In this document: in pieces, positions 37,911 to 54,995 of the stretch
How positions within the stretch are numbered: position 1 is the stretch's first letter
Layout of the letters: each line of letters starts with the position of its first letter
Source: Eledone cirrhosa
Lineage: Eukaryota
Assembly (NCBI GenBank): GCA_964016885.1
Contig: OZ024740.1
Span: 336,660,001-336,724,000 of the forward strand
DNA: 64,000 nucleotides
Direction of reading: 5' to 3'
Notes under the pieces: model-generated
Told to the model about the DNA's origin: nothing
What the model saw: the letters and a program-made list of their open reading frames with translations, nothing else
Database searches by the model: none
Made by a program: the position numbers and the translations under genes

Positions 37911-39297
37911 GCGCACGCACGCGCGTATCATCATCATTATTTAACGACCGTTTTTAGAGCCTGCAACAGCTGAAGGGGGTTGAGCCTGCGATAGACTGGC
38001 GTTTTGTTTGGAGGCGTGGGTGAGGGGTCTTGTACTCTCAATCGCTTAAAATCACAAAGACTGATTTGTTTTGTTTTACTTTGTTTGTTTTTTATTTTGT
38101 TTTTTAACGATGCTAAGGTGAACACCGCCAATGATAAATTCTGAAGAACAACTGTCATGCGCTAAGTCCACCTTGTCCACTTATATAGTGTCCAAAGGAA
38201 GATAATGAGGAAATCTCTATGTAGTTACTAGACCTTATAGGAATAGAAGCCAAATCTACCTCATATTGCACTTTATTATCTTTTATGAGTTCAAATCCCG
38301 CCGAGGTTAACTTTGCCTTTCATCCTTACGGAGTCGATAAAATAAAGCACCAGTAATGCATTGGGTAATTGCTGGCCTTGTGCCAAAAGTAGAAACAATT
38401 ATCTTTCACAAAGATACATTGAATATAGGACCTGGAGGGATTGTTTATAAAAAAAAATGAAGATGGGATGATCAGGGTTGAAATAGCTTCGATCAAGGCT
38501 GACCTGGAGCTAAAGAACAACAGGTATAACTGGAAAGGACCTTTATATGGCAGAAATAGCAGCCAAATCTCTTTCGAATTACACCCTGCTGTCTTTCAAA
38601 AAGGACTCATTGGGTTATTGTAGTTTTATATACACTTTATCTGATAAATAAAGATGACATAGTGAGAGATACAGCTAGAATACCTTTGATCATATGTCTG
38701 CTCAATCAGGGTTGACCTAGTGCTAAAACAACAGCGGTAACAACACTGTAACCAAAACATACAGACATACAAAAAAGGTCTATCAGTGGAGAACACCCAC
38801 CAGGCTATAACATCGCACTCTATTAGATAAACTAATGCATGTCAGTATGCAGAGTATGGTTGTTTGTGCCTCTGAGGTATTGGTGCACATCACGAGCACT
38901 TCATCTGTTAACTGCATTCAGTCATTCAAAATTAAAAATGTGCCATATGTCTGAGGAGTTAATGTTGACCAAGACTACACAAATAACAAAACTAACAACA
39001 GGAGCTACAACATATACAATACCAACGTGAGTCAATATGGGGGCCTCTACGTGGCCGTTCAACTTACTAAAAGTAGCAGCCAAATCTTTCTCAGATCACA
39101 CCCTACTTATTTTAAAACATATATGGACATATTGTATAATGTACTCCTAGATTTACTATGTCTGAATAAAAGATGAGTTAATGTTGTCCATGGCTACACA
39201 ACACCAATAACAGACACGCTAATAATAAGACCATGAACAACAACAATGTCGTCAAAACATACGCTACTAATGTGAACCAATAAGGGATTATCTACAT

Positions 39298-39434
39298 GAG
39301 GCATGGACAACCTTTTTCGAGCAGTAGGTTGTGGATCAAAATAATGCAAGCCGCATTACTAAAATAGTCAAGGCAATTTTAAAATTATGTGTGCCATTCA
39401 GAAAGCCAAACAGGCTGCAGTTTGCCCATGACTG
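39298..39434. mobile_element. hAT MITE, second copy of the 22397-22545 family
   Basis: Shares CCTTTTTCGAGCAGT...GCCATTCAGAAAGCCAAAC...CCCATGACTG. The TSD is decayed (ATCTACAT/CTCAACAT). Confidence 0.8.
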
Positions 39435-39801
39435 CTCAACATAGTGGTTTAAACTGCTAAAATTAGCAGCCAATTTTTTCTCAGATCACACTCTACCATC
39501 TTAAAAAAAGAACACATTGGATAATGTAGCCATAGGTTTACTGCATTTGAGTAAAAGATGGGATGGTCAAGGATGACCAAGGCTACACCAGTAACAAGAC
39601 TAACAACAAGAGCTACAACATATACACTACAAACGCGAGTCAATGAGGAGACCTCTACATGGTTGTTCAACCTACTAAAAATATGCTAGCTGGATCAGAG
39701 CTAACCTTGGGTTAAACAAAAACATCTGTAATACAACCAACTGCAATATTACACTTCCAACAACTCCAACAAAAACAAATCAGTTACAAAACAACACAAA
39801 C

Positions 39802-39955
39802 CAGTGCCAGACTTAGAATGAGGCCCTGTGTTAGTTATGAGGCCCCAAACATTTGAAAAATTGATCATAAAAAATGTTTGGCTGGAATATGGGACTCCTG
39901 GCCAACGGGGCCCTGTGCTTAAGAATACCTAAGCAAAATCATAAATCCAGCACTG
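39802..39955. mobile_element. 154-bp candidate hAT MITE
   Basis: Imperfect TIRs CAGTGCCAGACTTA / TAAATCCAGCACTG with GGGGCCC sub-terminal motifs. The TSD is imperfect. Confidence 0.6.
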
Positions 39956-40189
39956 ACAACAACACTGTGACACCAACTGCCCCAAACTAACAACCTGGTT
40001 AGTTGACCTGCTTCGAATAACTGATCAATATCCCTTAAATCTTATCCTACCATCTTAAAAAATAGAATGACACATTGGATAATCTAGTCCTTGATACATT
40101 ATGTCTGAATAAAAACTTGGATAGTCACAACTGGAATGTTTTCATGATAACTATACTAGATCAGAGCTGATCTAGAGCTAAACAACAAC

Positions 40190-43100
40190 TGCAATAATAC
40201 AACACAATAGCACCATACCAACAACAATAACAACAGACCACTATCAATAGCAGACCAACAACAATACAACACCAACATCCCAACACAACTAACACAAACA
40301 ACAACAACACCACCACACCAACATCACCGCCACACCACCAACAACAGCACCACACCAACAACACCACACCAACAACAACAACACCACACCAACAACACCA
40401 CACCAACCACAACAACACCAACCACAACAACACCAAACCAACACCACCACACCAACACCACACCAACAACAACACCACACCAACAACAACACCACACCAA
40501 CAACACCACCAACAACAACAACACCACCACACCAACATCACCGCCACACCACCAACAACAGCACCACACCAACAACACCAACAACAACAACACCACACCA
40601 ACAACACCACACCAACACCACCAACACCACACCAACACCACACCAACAACAACACCACACCAACAACAACACCACACCAACAACACCACCAACATCAACA
40701 ACACCGCACCAACAACAACAACACCGCACCAACAACAACAACACCACCACACCAACAACAACAGCACCAAACCAACAACACCACACCAACAACACCAACA
40801 ACAACACCACACCAACAACAACACCACACCAACAACACAACAACAACAACAACACCACCACACCAACAACAACAACACCATACCAACAACAAAAACACCA
40901 CACAAACAACACCACACCAACAACAACACCACACCAACAACACCACACCAACAACACCACACCAACAACACCACATCACCAACAACACCACACCAACAAC
41001 AACAACACACCAACAACAAAAACACCACACCACCAGCAACACCACCACCAACACCACCACACCAACAACAACACCACCACACCAACAACACCACACCAAC
41101 AACAACATCACACCAACAACAACAAAACCCCACCAACAGCAACACCACACCGACAACGACACCACCACCACACCTTCAACAACAACACCAAACCAACAAC
41201 ACCAAACCAACAACACCAAACAACCAACAACAACACCACACCAACAACAGCACACCAACAACACCACACCACCAACAACACAAATACCACCACACCAACA
41301 ACAACACCACACCAACAACACCACCACCACACCAACAGCACCACCAACACCACAACAACACCACACCAACAACACCACACCAACACCACCACACCACTAA
41401 CAACACCACACCAACAACACCACACAAACAACAAAACCACATCACCAACAACGCCACACCAACAACACCACACCAACAACACCACATCAACAACACCACC
41501 ACACCACCAACAACACCAACAACAACACCACACCAACAACACCACACCACCAACAACACCACACCACCAACAACAACACACCACCAACAACAACACCACA
41601 CCAACAACAACACCACACCAACAACACAACCACAACAACACCACCACACCAACAACAACAACACCATACCAACAACAAAAACACCACACAAACAACACCA
41701 CACCAACAACAACACCACACCAACAACACCACACCAACAACACCACACCAACAACACCACATCACCAACAACACCACACCAACAACAACAACACACCAAC
41801 AACACCACACCAACAACAACAACACACCAACAACAAAAACACCACACCACCAGCAACACCACCACCAACACCACCACACCAACAACAACACCACCACACC
41901 AACAACAACACCACCACACCAACAACACCACACCAACAACAACATCACACCAACAACAACAAAACCCCACCAACAGCAACACCACACCGACAACGACACC
42001 ACCACCACACCTTCAACAACAACACCAAACCAACAACACCAAACCAACAACACCAAACAACCAACAACAACACCACACCAACAACAGCACACCAACAACA
42101 CCACACCACCAACAACACAAATACCACCACACCAACAACAACACCACACCAACAACACCACCACCACACCAACAGCACCACCAACACCACACCAACAACA
42201 CCACACCAACAACACCACACCAACACCACCACACCACTAACAACACCACACCAACAACACCACACCAACAACACCACACAAACAACAAAACCACATCACC
42301 AACAACGCCACACCAACAACACCACACCAACAACACCACATCAACAACACCACCACACCACCAACAACACCAACAACAACACCACACCAACAACACCACA
42401 CCACCAACAACACCACACCACCAACAACGACACCACACCAACAACAACACCTCCACCAACAATAACACCACCACACCAACAACAACACCACACCACCAAC
42501 CACACCACACTACCAACAACAACACCACACCACCAACAACACAACACCAACAACAACACCACACCACCAACAACAACACAACAACACCATACCACCACCA
42601 ACAACACCACCACACCAACAACAACAACACCACACCACACCACCACCAACAACACCACACCACCACCAACAACACCACACTCCCAAAAACAACACCACAC
42701 CAACAACACCACACCACCACCAACAACACCACACCACCAACAACAACAGCACACCCCCAACAACAACACCACACCAACAACACCACACCACCACCAACAA
42801 CACCACACCACCAACAACGATACCACACCACCACCAACAACACCACACCAACAACAACAACACCACACCAACAACACCACACCAACAACACCACACCACC
42901 ACCAACAACACCACACCAACAACACCACACCCCTAACAACAACACCACACCACCAACAACAACACCACACCACCAACAACACCACACCACCAACAACAAC
43001 ACCACACCAACAACACCACCACACCACAAACAACACCACACCAACAACAGCACCACACCACCAACAACACCACACCACCAGCAACAACACCACACCAACA

Positions 43101-46100
43101 ACAACACCACACCAACAACAACACCACACCACCAACAACACCACACCACCAACAACAACACTACCAAAAAACAACACCAACAACGAAAGCACACCAACAA
43201 CAACACCACCACACCAACAACACCACACCACCAACAACACCACACCAACAACACCACCACCACACCAACAACACCACCACACTAACAACAACACCACACC
43301 AACAACAACACCACACCAACAACACCACACCACCAACAACACCACCACAACACCAACAAGACCACCACACCAACACCACCACACCAACAACAACACCACA
43401 CCAACACCACCACCACACCACCCCAACAAACACCACCACACCAGGAACAACAACACCACACCAACAACATTACCACACCAACAACAACACCGCACCAACA
43501 ACACCATTACACAAACACCACACCAACATCACCACCAACAACAACACCACACCAACAGCATCACCGCACAAACAACACCAACAAGACCACCACACCAACA
43601 ACACCACCACACCAGCAACAACAACACCACACCAACAATAACACCACCACACCAACAACACCACCAACAACAACACCACACCACCAACAACACCACCACA
43701 CCGCCAACAACACCACACCAACAACACCGCCACACCACCAACCACACCACACCAACAACAATACCACCACATCAACAACACCACCACACCAACAACACCA
43801 CACCAACAACACAACCACACCAACAACACCACCAACAACAACACCACAACAACAACAACACCACACCACCAACTACACCACCACACCACCAACCACACCA
43901 CACCAACAACATCACCACACCAACAACACAACCACACCAACACCACCACACCAACAACACCACCAACAACACCACACCAACACCACACCAAGAACACCAC
44001 ACCACCAACAACACCTCCACACCAACACCACCACACCAACAACACCACCACACCAACAACACAACCACACCAACAACAACACCACACCAACACCACACCA
44101 CCAACACCACAACCACACCAACAACATCACCACACAAACATCACCACACAAACAACCACACCACACCAACAACACCTCCACACCAACACCAACACCACCA
44201 TACCAACAACAACACCACACCAACAACACCACCACACCAAGAACACCACACCAACAACACCACACCAACAACACCACACCACCACCAACAACACCACACT
44301 AACAACACCACCACACCAACAACACCACCACACCAACAACACCACCACACCAACAACACCACCACACCAACAACACCACCACACTAACAACACCAACAAC
44401 AACACCACCACACCAACAACACCACACCACCAACAACAACACCACACCAACAACAACACCACACCAACAACAACAACACACACCAACCACAACAACACAC
44501 CAACACCACACCAACAACAACACGACTACACCAACAACACCACACCAACACCACACCAACAACAACACCACACTAACAACAACACCACACCAACAACAAC
44601 ACCACACTAACAACAACACCATACCACCAACAACAACACAACACCACTAACAACACCACACCACCAACACCACCACACCACCAACAACAACACCACACCA
44701 ACAACAACAGCACACCAACAACAACAACACCACACCAACAACAACACCACACCAACAACAACACCACCACCAACAATAACACCACACCAACAATACTACA
44801 CCACCACCAACAACAACACCACACCAACAACAACACCAACAACAACAACAACACCACACCACCAACAACAACGCCACATCAACAACACCACACCACCAAC
44901 AACAACACCACACCACCACCAACAACACCACACCACCAACAACAACAACAACACCGCACCAACAACACCACACCACCACCAACAACAACACCACACCAAC
45001 AACACCACACCACCACCAACAACACCACACCACCAACAACAACACCACACCACCACCAACAACACCACACCCCCAAAAGCAAAACCACACCACCAACAAC
45101 AACACCACACCACCAACAACAACACCACCACCAACAACACCACACCACCACTAACAACACCACACCACCACTAACAACACCACACCACCAACAACAACAC
45201 CACACCACCACCAACAACACCACACCACACCAACAACACCACACCACCACCAACAACACCACACCCCCAACAACAACACCACACCAACAACACCACACCA
45301 CCACCAACAACAACACCACACCACCAACAACACCACACCCCCAACAACAACACCACACCAACAACACCACACCACCAACAATAACACCACACCACCACCA
45401 ACAACACCACACCCCCAACAACAACACCACACCACCACCAACAACACCACACCACCAACAACACCACACTACCACCAACAACACCACACCACCAACAACA
45501 CACCACCACCAACAACACCACACCCCCAACAACAACACCACACCAACAACACCACACCACAACAACAACACCACACCACCAACAATAACACCACACCACC
45601 ACCACCAACACCACACCAACAACAACAACACCACACCACCACAAACAACACCACACCAACAACAACAACACCACACCACCAACAACACCACACCACCAAC
45701 AACACCACCACACCACCAACAACACCACACCACCAACAACACCACACCAACAACAACACCACACCAACAACAACAACACCACACCAACAACAATACCACA
45801 TTAACAACAACACCGCCACACCAACAACACCACACCAACAACAACACCACACCACCAACAACAACGCCACATCAACAACACCACACCATCAACAAAAACA
45901 CCACACCACCACCAACAACACCACACCACCAACAACAACAACAACACCACACCAACAACTCCATACCACCACCAACAACAACACCACACCAACAACACCA
46001 CACCACCACCACCAACAACACCACACCACCAACCCAACAACAACACCACACCACCACCAACAACACCACACCACCACCAACAACACCACACCACACCAAC

Positions 46101-49100
46101 AACACCACACCACCACCAACAACAACACCACACCACCAACAACAACACCACACCCCCAACAACAACAACACCACACCAACAACACAACACCACACCAACA
46201 ACACCACACCACAACAACAACACCACACCACCAACAATAACACCACACCACCACCAACAACACCACACCACCAACAACACCATCACCACCACCAACCACA
46301 CCACACCACCAACAACAACACCACACCAACAACACCACACCACAACAACAACACCACACCACCAACAATAACACCACACCACCAACAATAACACCACCAA
46401 CAATAACACCACACCACCAACAACAACACCACACCACCAACAACACCACACCACCACCAACAACACCACACCACCAACAACAAGACCACACCAACAACAA
46501 CACCACACCACCACCAACAACACCACACCACCACCAACAACACCACACCACCACCAACAACACCATACCACCACCAACAACACTACACCACCACCAACAA
46601 CAACACTACACCACCACCAACAACAACACCACACCACCACCAACAACACCACACCACCACCAACAACAACACCACACCACCAACAACAACACCACACCAC
46701 CAACAACAACACCACACCACCAACAACAACACCACACCAACAACAACAACACCACACCAACAACACCACACCACCAACAACAAGACCACACCAACAACAC
46801 CACCACACCACCAACAACACCACACCACCACCAACAACACCACACCACCAACAACAACACCACACCAACAACACCACACCACCAACAACAACACCACACC
46901 ACCAACAACAACACCACACCCCCAACAACAACACCACACCACCACCAACAACACCACACCCCCACCAACAACACCACACCCCCAACAACAACACCACAAC
47001 AACAACACCACACCACTAACAATAACACCACACCACCACCAACAACACCACACCACCACCAACAACACCACACCACCAACAACAACACCACACCACCAAC
47101 AACACTACACCACCACCAACAACACCACACCACCACCAACAACACCACACCACCAACAACAACACCACACCACCACCAACAACACCACACCACCACCAAC
47201 AACACCACACCACCAACAACAACACCACACCACCAACAACACCACACCACCACCAACAACACCACACCACCACCAACAACACTATGCCACCAACAACAAC
47301 ACCACACCACCACCAACAACACCACACCACCACCAACAACACCACACCACCACCAACAACACCACACCACCACCAACAACACCACACCACCACCAACAAC
47401 ACTATGCCACTAACAACAACACCACACCACCAACAACAACACCACACCACCAACAACAACACCACACCACCAACAACAACACCACACCACCAACAACACC
47501 ACACCAACAACAACACCACACCAACAACAACACCATCACCAACAACAACACCACTCCACCACCAACACCACCACCAACAACATCACACCACCACCAACAA
47601 CACCACACCAGCACCAACAACAATACCACACCACCAACAACAACACCACACCACCAACACCACACCACCAACACCACACCACCAACAACAACACCACACC
47701 ACCAACAACAACACCACACCACCAACAACAACACCACACCACCAACAACAACACCACACCACCACCAACAACACCACACCACCACCAACAACACCACACC
47801 ACCAACAACAACACCACACCACCAACAACAACACCACACCAACAACAACAACACCACACCAACAACAACAACACCACACCAACAACAACACCACCACACC
47901 AACAACAACACCACCACACCACCAACAACACCACACCACCAACAACAACACCACCACACCACCATCGCCAACACCACACCACCAACAACAACACCACACC
48001 ACCAACAACACCACCACACCACCAACAACACCACACCATCACCAACAACACCACACCACCAACAACACCACACCACCACTACCAACAACACCACACCAAC
48101 AACAACAACACCACACCACCAACAACAACACCACACCACCAACAACACCACACCACCAACAACACCACACCACCACTACCAACAACACCACACCACCAAC
48201 AACAACACCACACCATCAACAACAACACCACACCACCAACAACACCACACCATCACCAACAACACCACACCATCACCAACAACACCACACCACCACCAAC
48301 AACACCACACCACCACCAACAACACCACACCACCAACAACACTACACCACCAACAACAACACCACACCAACAACAACACCACCACACCACCATCGCCAAC
48401 ACCACACCACCAACAACAACACCACACCACCAACAACACCACCACACCACCAACAACACCACACCATCACCAACAACACCACACCACCAACAACACCACA
48501 CCACCACTACCAACAACACCACACCAACAACAACAACACCACACCAACAACAACAACACCACACCAACAACAACAACACCACACCACCAACAACAACACC
48601 ACACCACCAACAACACCACCACACCACCAACAACACCACACCATCACCAACAACACCACACCACCACCAACACCACACCACCAACAACAACACCACCACC
48701 ACACCACCAACAACAACACCACACCACCAACAACAACACCACACCACCAACAACAACACCACACCACCAACAACAACACCACATCAACAATAACACCACC
48801 ACACCACCATCGCCAACACTACACGACCACACCACCATCACCACACCACTATCACCAACACGACACCACCATACCACTATCCCCAACACTACACCACCAA
48901 CACTACACCACCAACTCCATCACTACACCACCACACCACTATCACCAACACTACACCACCACACCACTATCACCAATAGCAACCACCATCACCATCACCA
49001 CACCACTATCACTAACACTACACCACTAACACTACACCACTATCCCCAACACTACACCATCACCACACCACCAACACCAAACTACACCACCATCACCAAC

Positions 49101-49900
49101 ACTACACCACCAAGCCAACACTATACCACTATCCCCAATACTACACCACCAATACCAACACTACACCACCAACACCAACTCTACACCACCAACACCAACT
49201 CTACACCACCAACACTACACCACCAACACTACACCACCAACACTACACCACCAACACTACACCACCAACACTACACCACTATCACCAACACTACACCACT
49301 ATCACCAACACTACACCACCAAGCCAACACTATGCCACTATCCCCAACACTACACCACCATAGCCAACACTACACCACCAACACCACTATCACCAACACA
49401 ACACAACCATACCACCATCACCAACACTACACCACCACACCACTATCACCAACAGCACACCACCACCACCAACACTACACCACTATCACAAACACAACAC
49501 GACCACACCACCATCGCCAACACCACAGCACAAAAACCATCACCACACCACTATCACCAACACTACACCACCACACCACTATCACCAACAGCACACGACC
49601 ACCACCAACACCATCACCACACCACCATCACCAACAGCACACGACCACCACCAACACTACACCACTGTCCCCAACACTACACCACCAACACCATCACCAC
49701 ACCACCATCACCAACACAATACCACCAACAACATCATCACCACACCAAGAAGAGCAACAACACAACATAACCATTAGAGCTGCCCTCATCACCCCAGCAC
49801 CACCATCACCAATAACATCACCAACATCACCAGTAACACTGCCACCTATAGCACTACTACCTCCACAACCAGAACTGCTACCACCATCACCACCACCAAC
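40190..49900. repeat. About 9.7-kb CAC/CAA low-complexity array (e.g. ACCACACCAACAAC) with internal duplications
   Basis: Almost only C and A on the + strand. The rare variant CCGACAACGACACC...CCTTCAAC recurs at an 837-bp offset (about 41150 and 41987). Confidence 0.97.
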
Positions 49901-50509
49901 AGTAGTTTTAATAACATCTGTACTATCAATCACGTGACCAGCTATGGTACATATATATAATATGTTTATATATATATAATATTACTAGCAGGAAAAACGG
50001 ATGTTAAATGATGATGATGATGATGATGATATATACATATATACACACATGGTATTACATGTATGTCTGTGTATGTGTGTGTGTGTGTGTGTGTGCATCT
50101 TTGTGCAGATCTGTATGTATATAGTAAATAAATATCTCTACTGGTGTCTTGTTACCATCTGCTAAACTGTAACGTACATTTTATTTATATATGCATATAT
50201 ATACACAAACACATATATATTAGATTATAAGTTTAAGCAAAGAAACTTATAGGGATCTTTAGAAACTTAAGATGTTTAAAATCTGTAGACACAGGTAAAA
50301 TAATATGAAAACGACAGAAAGAGTTATAGTAAAATTGATTAGGAACAGAATTGGCCTTCATAAGAAACAGTTCAGGTTTTTGCCTGTAGAGAACCCCCGT
50401 AATGCTTAGCTAAGAATGAGCCTCAATAGCTAGCATTCATCAACTTGAAAAATGCCTCTAGCGAAGTTCCATGCTTTGTAATCTGAAGGATTCTAAGTAA
50501 AGTATGAGT

Positions 50510-51570
50510 AGAGGAATAGTTTCTGGTGGCTTTTCAAGCCATGTACAAGGGTGCAGTTAGAAAGATAAGAGTTAGCAATTAGTGTAATGACAAATTTAGC
50601 ATGCAGGTAGGTAGGGTTCCACCAGGATTCAGTCCTCAGTCCTCTCCAAAAGTTTAAAACAGACTGTTCATGGAAACTTCTACATGCAGATGACCAACTT
50701 TATTACAGATTCATTTATAAAACTGAGAAGAAATTCCAGACATGATAACCTAACTTGAAATTGAAGAGATTCAAAGTAAAATTAACAAAGTCTAAAGTCC
50801 TAGTAAGAAAGGGAGCAAGACACTGATGCCCTCAAGAAAATGTTTATGCTCAATATGGAGAAAAGGAGTAGGTAGAAATTCCATACTATGTACCCAGTGT
50901 AAATTGAGAATGCACAAAATATATAGTAGGCGATCACAGGTAGGCTAACAGAAAAGGTAGACTTTGTATGTGACAGATGCGCAGAAGTAGTAAGCAGTAA
51001 GAACACATATGAAAGAAGCTCTCTCAAATGTTTGAATGATTCCCTAAAAGCAGTTGACAGTTTTTGTTACTGAGGTAACTTTATTATCAGTGGGGTTGCT
51101 TGTTCCAGAAGCATAGTAGCTAGAGTAAGTACAGGTTGGAAAAAATTCAGGGAGCTGTTACATCTACTGGTAACTAACAGTTTCTCTTTTGCATTGAAAG
51201 GCAGATTATATGATGCTTGTGTATTAAGTGTGATGTTCATGGTAGTCAGACATGGTCTTTGAGTGCAGAAGATTTACAAAGACTAGAAAGAAGTGAAGTG
51301 AGCATGCTCCACTAGACGTGTAATGTTAGTGTACATGTATGACGAAATACAAGTGAATTAAGAGAAAAACTGCTTACAAGAAGTATCAGATATAGCATGC
51401 AAGAGAAAAGACTGCATTAGTAGTTATTTAATGTGTAGGGAGATGGAAGCTATATTATGAAGTGTAGCGCCTTCAAAGAGGGCTGAGGTTGTGGAAGAGG
51501 TAAACAGAGGAAGATAAAAACTGATTTCAGGATCCTGAGCCACACTCAGGAGATGACAAAGGATGACGAT
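50510..51570 (+). mobile_element. Decayed RTE-clade LINE reverse transcriptase and 3' region
   Basis: VGFHQDSVLSPL, CSWKLLHADD, FCY*G, ARVSTGWKKFRELL, LKGRLYDACV, QRLERSE, with many stops and frameshifts. Confidence 0.85.
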
Positions 51571-52399
51571 AATGGTGACTGCAGAGACAACAACAACGCC
51601 TTTACGCTATTTCAGTAACAAGGTTAATTTCCATTATATGTTAATTAACTATATATCAGTAATCTATTAAGTGTATCTATGAGATGAGAATCTCTAAGAC
51701 ATTTCTCTACTATATTACACAATATGTGTGTTTTTCTGTTATTCTGAAGCACACTAAAAGCTTACAATAAAACTGTTGATTATGTCGGTCCTAGTATTTA
51801 ACTTATTCTCTCAAATGTGGAAGGATAAAATACAAAGTCAACCCAGGCAGGATTTAAACTCAGAATGTAAATGAATGCAATGAAATGCTACAATGTTATT
51901 TTGTCACATGTTCTATCAATTAACAGACTATGGTATCCATACTATCACAAATTAATGGACTTTTTTCTTCTGTTGACTTGTGGGTGATTGAGTATTCCAC
52001 AGACATGTATACCCTTAATGAAATTCACAAGAAGAATCAGCATGACAATATTTAACAAGGCTTGACCTTTGAATTACAGATACAATCCATCTGACAGGGT
52101 TTTATGGTTTCCAGTTACTCTATTTCACTCACATGGCTTGGGTAGTACTGAGACAATGGGAAAGATATTTGATCAACCTTCCATGCAGTGAGATCAAACC
52201 TGAGACTTCATGGTCTTGAAGAAGACTTCTTTGCTATTCAGCCATGTCTGATTCTATTGATAGTGTCAGCATAAAATGGATGTAACACAGATTCTATTGA
52301 TAATAGAATTTCTGTACCAAAAGCTTTGACAGGACACCCCGCTATGTAATGTGGTGAGCATACATATATAGAAGAATGGCTTGTGAGTGTCATGCAACA

Positions 52400-53430
52400 A
52401 GGTGGGAGTTGGAATTGAGTACACTAATGAATTTGAAGTGCTGGTAAGAGTCCAGGACTCAGTCCTCAGTGCACTTCTGTTTATCCTTCTTCTTCAGGTC
52501 ATAACATAGCCATCTAAATTGGTACTCCATGGGAGCTCTTGTATACTGATCTAGTCCTTATAGCTGAATACATGGAAGAGCTAGAGGTGAAATTCCAAAC
52601 ATAGAAGAAAAATCTAGAATCAAAAGCCCTAAAAGCAAACTTAACAAAAACTAAAATATTAATAAGTAGAAAAGAAGACATAATTCTAATACTGTCAGAG
52701 AAATTGCCTTGTTCAATATATCAAAAATGGGTAAGCAGAAATTCTACAAGATGCACACAGTGTAATCTTTGGATGCACAAGAAATGTAGTGGGTAACAGA
52801 AGATAAAGTTTGTATGTGGAAGATGTAAAGGAGTAATAAGTACTAAAAGCACACATGAAATAGATTCCCTCAATTCCCTGGGAGGCTTTCTTAAGATGTT
52901 GACATTTTTCTTGCCTGGGTGGCTTAATCTGCAGTGGAGGAGGATGCTCTGAAAACATGGTAGCGAGGGTAAGAACAGTTTACAAGATGTTTATAGAGTT
53001 AGTACCCCTGCTAGCAACAAAGGGCATCTGTCTCAGAATGAAAGGTAGAATGTATGATGCTTGCATGTAAACTGTTATACTACATAGCAGTGAGGCATAA
53101 TCCTTGACTGCAGAAGATTTGCAAAAGCTAGAAAGAAATGAAACAAGTATACCCTGGTGGATGTGTGATGTTAATCTGCATGAACAATGTAACATAAGCT
53201 GAGAGAAAATTTAGCATAAGAGGAATTGGACGTAGTGTGCAAGAGAAGACTGTGTTGGTATGGACATGTGGTGAATATGGAAGATAACAGCTGTATAAAG
53301 AATGGAAAAGAACTCTCAATGGATGGAATGCATGGAAGAGGTAAACCAAGGAAGCTGAATCTCCCAACTGAGATGACAAAGAATCACAAGGATTGGCAAC
53401 TTGTGGTACTAGAGAAGACTCACTTACCAA
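52400..53430 (+). mobile_element. Second decayed RTE-clade LINE fragment
   Basis: QDSVLSALLF, PWELLYTD, MKGRMYDAC, KRLCWYGHV, GRGKPRK. Confidence 0.85.
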
Positions 53431-54995
53431 TATACAAAGGTGACTGTGACCTGACCCATTTGTGCCTCCCACCCCCACCATTGCTACTTAATAACCAGTC
53501 TCACTATCACTGCACCCATAACTCTATCTAGAATCACTCCCACCGCTCTTAAATCCTAACACACCAGCCATAGCTCTTCAGTAGCTATTCTTATCATCAC
53601 TGTACTCCATTTCTACCTGGAATCATACCTCTTTCCTCTCCTCTCTCCCATACACATATGGCATCAAACTTCTCATCTTCCCTTCTCTCCTCCCACCTAT
53701 TGTCTCTTATGACATCATGCCTATTATCCCTCATACCTCCCCCATCCTATCCTCCCACAATTGCATCTCATTTGAGACAAGTCATCATCCCCCCACCAAC
53801 CCATAGTGTAGAGGAAGTGCTTCAGATGAGTCAATGACCAACAACCTTTCTAGTACATTCTATAAAGTAGTTGGTGTTAGGAATGGCTTCCAACTGTAGA
53901 AATCATGCCAAAAAAGGATTGAGAGTATTCTTCAGTGGTTTCTAGCACTAGTAACATGATAAAATGCACCTAGTACATTCTGTAAAGTAGTATTGACAGG
54001 ATTAAAACACCAAGTAGCATTAGTAAGATTTGTTCAAGATTTGCAGCTGTAGTCGTTTACAAACATTAATACTTGACTGGAATTATATTTTATCTTAAAT
54101 AAGGATAGTGAAGGTGTGCTGCCTAGGGGTTAGTGTGTTGGATTTGTGATTATGAGGTTGTGTATCCCTGAACCAAGTGGAGCATTGTATCCCTGAGAAA
54201 GACACTTCTCTTCATAGTGCTCCAGTCCACTCAGCTGAAATTAAATAAACACTAACAACAACTGAGAGTTAACTCTACAGCAAACTGGAGTCTTGTGCTC
54301 TCTTTTGCTTAATGCCAAGGAAACCAGGATATGTTCTGGTTTAATGAGCCTCTGGACATGGAATAGACTTTAACTCAACACATTAAATAATTTAGTTCTA
54401 ACTTCTTCTTTATTTCTGCTCTAAGCTGTACTGCGCATCAATCCATCCTTGGAAGATTCCACTAGCTTATCAGTTTATATATAACAAGAAGCTGCTAAGC
54501 TCTCATTCAACCCATCTACATTTCTTGAGAAGATATAGCAATCAGTAATCCTCCTTGTCCTTCTCACAGCACAACATAGCCAAATCAGAGTAAGAGTGAA
54601 GAGAGCTAGAGAGACAAAGACAAGAATTTAAAATACCACTTGGGTGGTATTTTATTTTAGCAACTCCAGGAAGGATGAAAAATAAAGTTAACCTAGAGTC
54701 AGATTGAAATGGTCATAGTTATATGATACAAAGGTCTTTTTTCAGACACTCTACCAAATCTGCCAATCCACCACACTATAATATACTCATTAGCACAAAT
54801 TAATGAACTTTAGCGAGTTAACATTTAAATGAAAACCATTTATCATTTATCATTTGTATATTTGAAAGTTAATTATCTGAGAAGACACTGATTGAGTGAT
54901 TGGTTTTCACATTATGAGGTTATTAAATTCTTAAGATTGACATTACATTGTCTGTGACAGGTGTAATTCTTAACTTAATTTTATATTTATATATA

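Larger units (their letters stand above)
38215..40190 (+). mobile_element. Tandem run of about 200-250-bp family D repeats ending in (CAA)n, with nested SINE and MITEs
   Basis: Repeated AATAGCAGCCAAATCT...CACACCCTAC...GCTGACCT..GCTAAACAAC units. Confidence 0.72.

Noticed and set aside
40161-49937. Long V/L/W/C/G and T/P/H/Q ORFs, e.g. 581 aa at 47284-49029
   Set aside because: The C/A-only array has few stops, shows frequent frame-shifting indels, and lies within an intron whose flanking exons join directly.
49929-49938. CLEAR/TFEB-like site ATCACGTGAC in the p62 intron
   Set aside because: A single motif 13 kb from the start codon at a repeat edge is compatible with chance.
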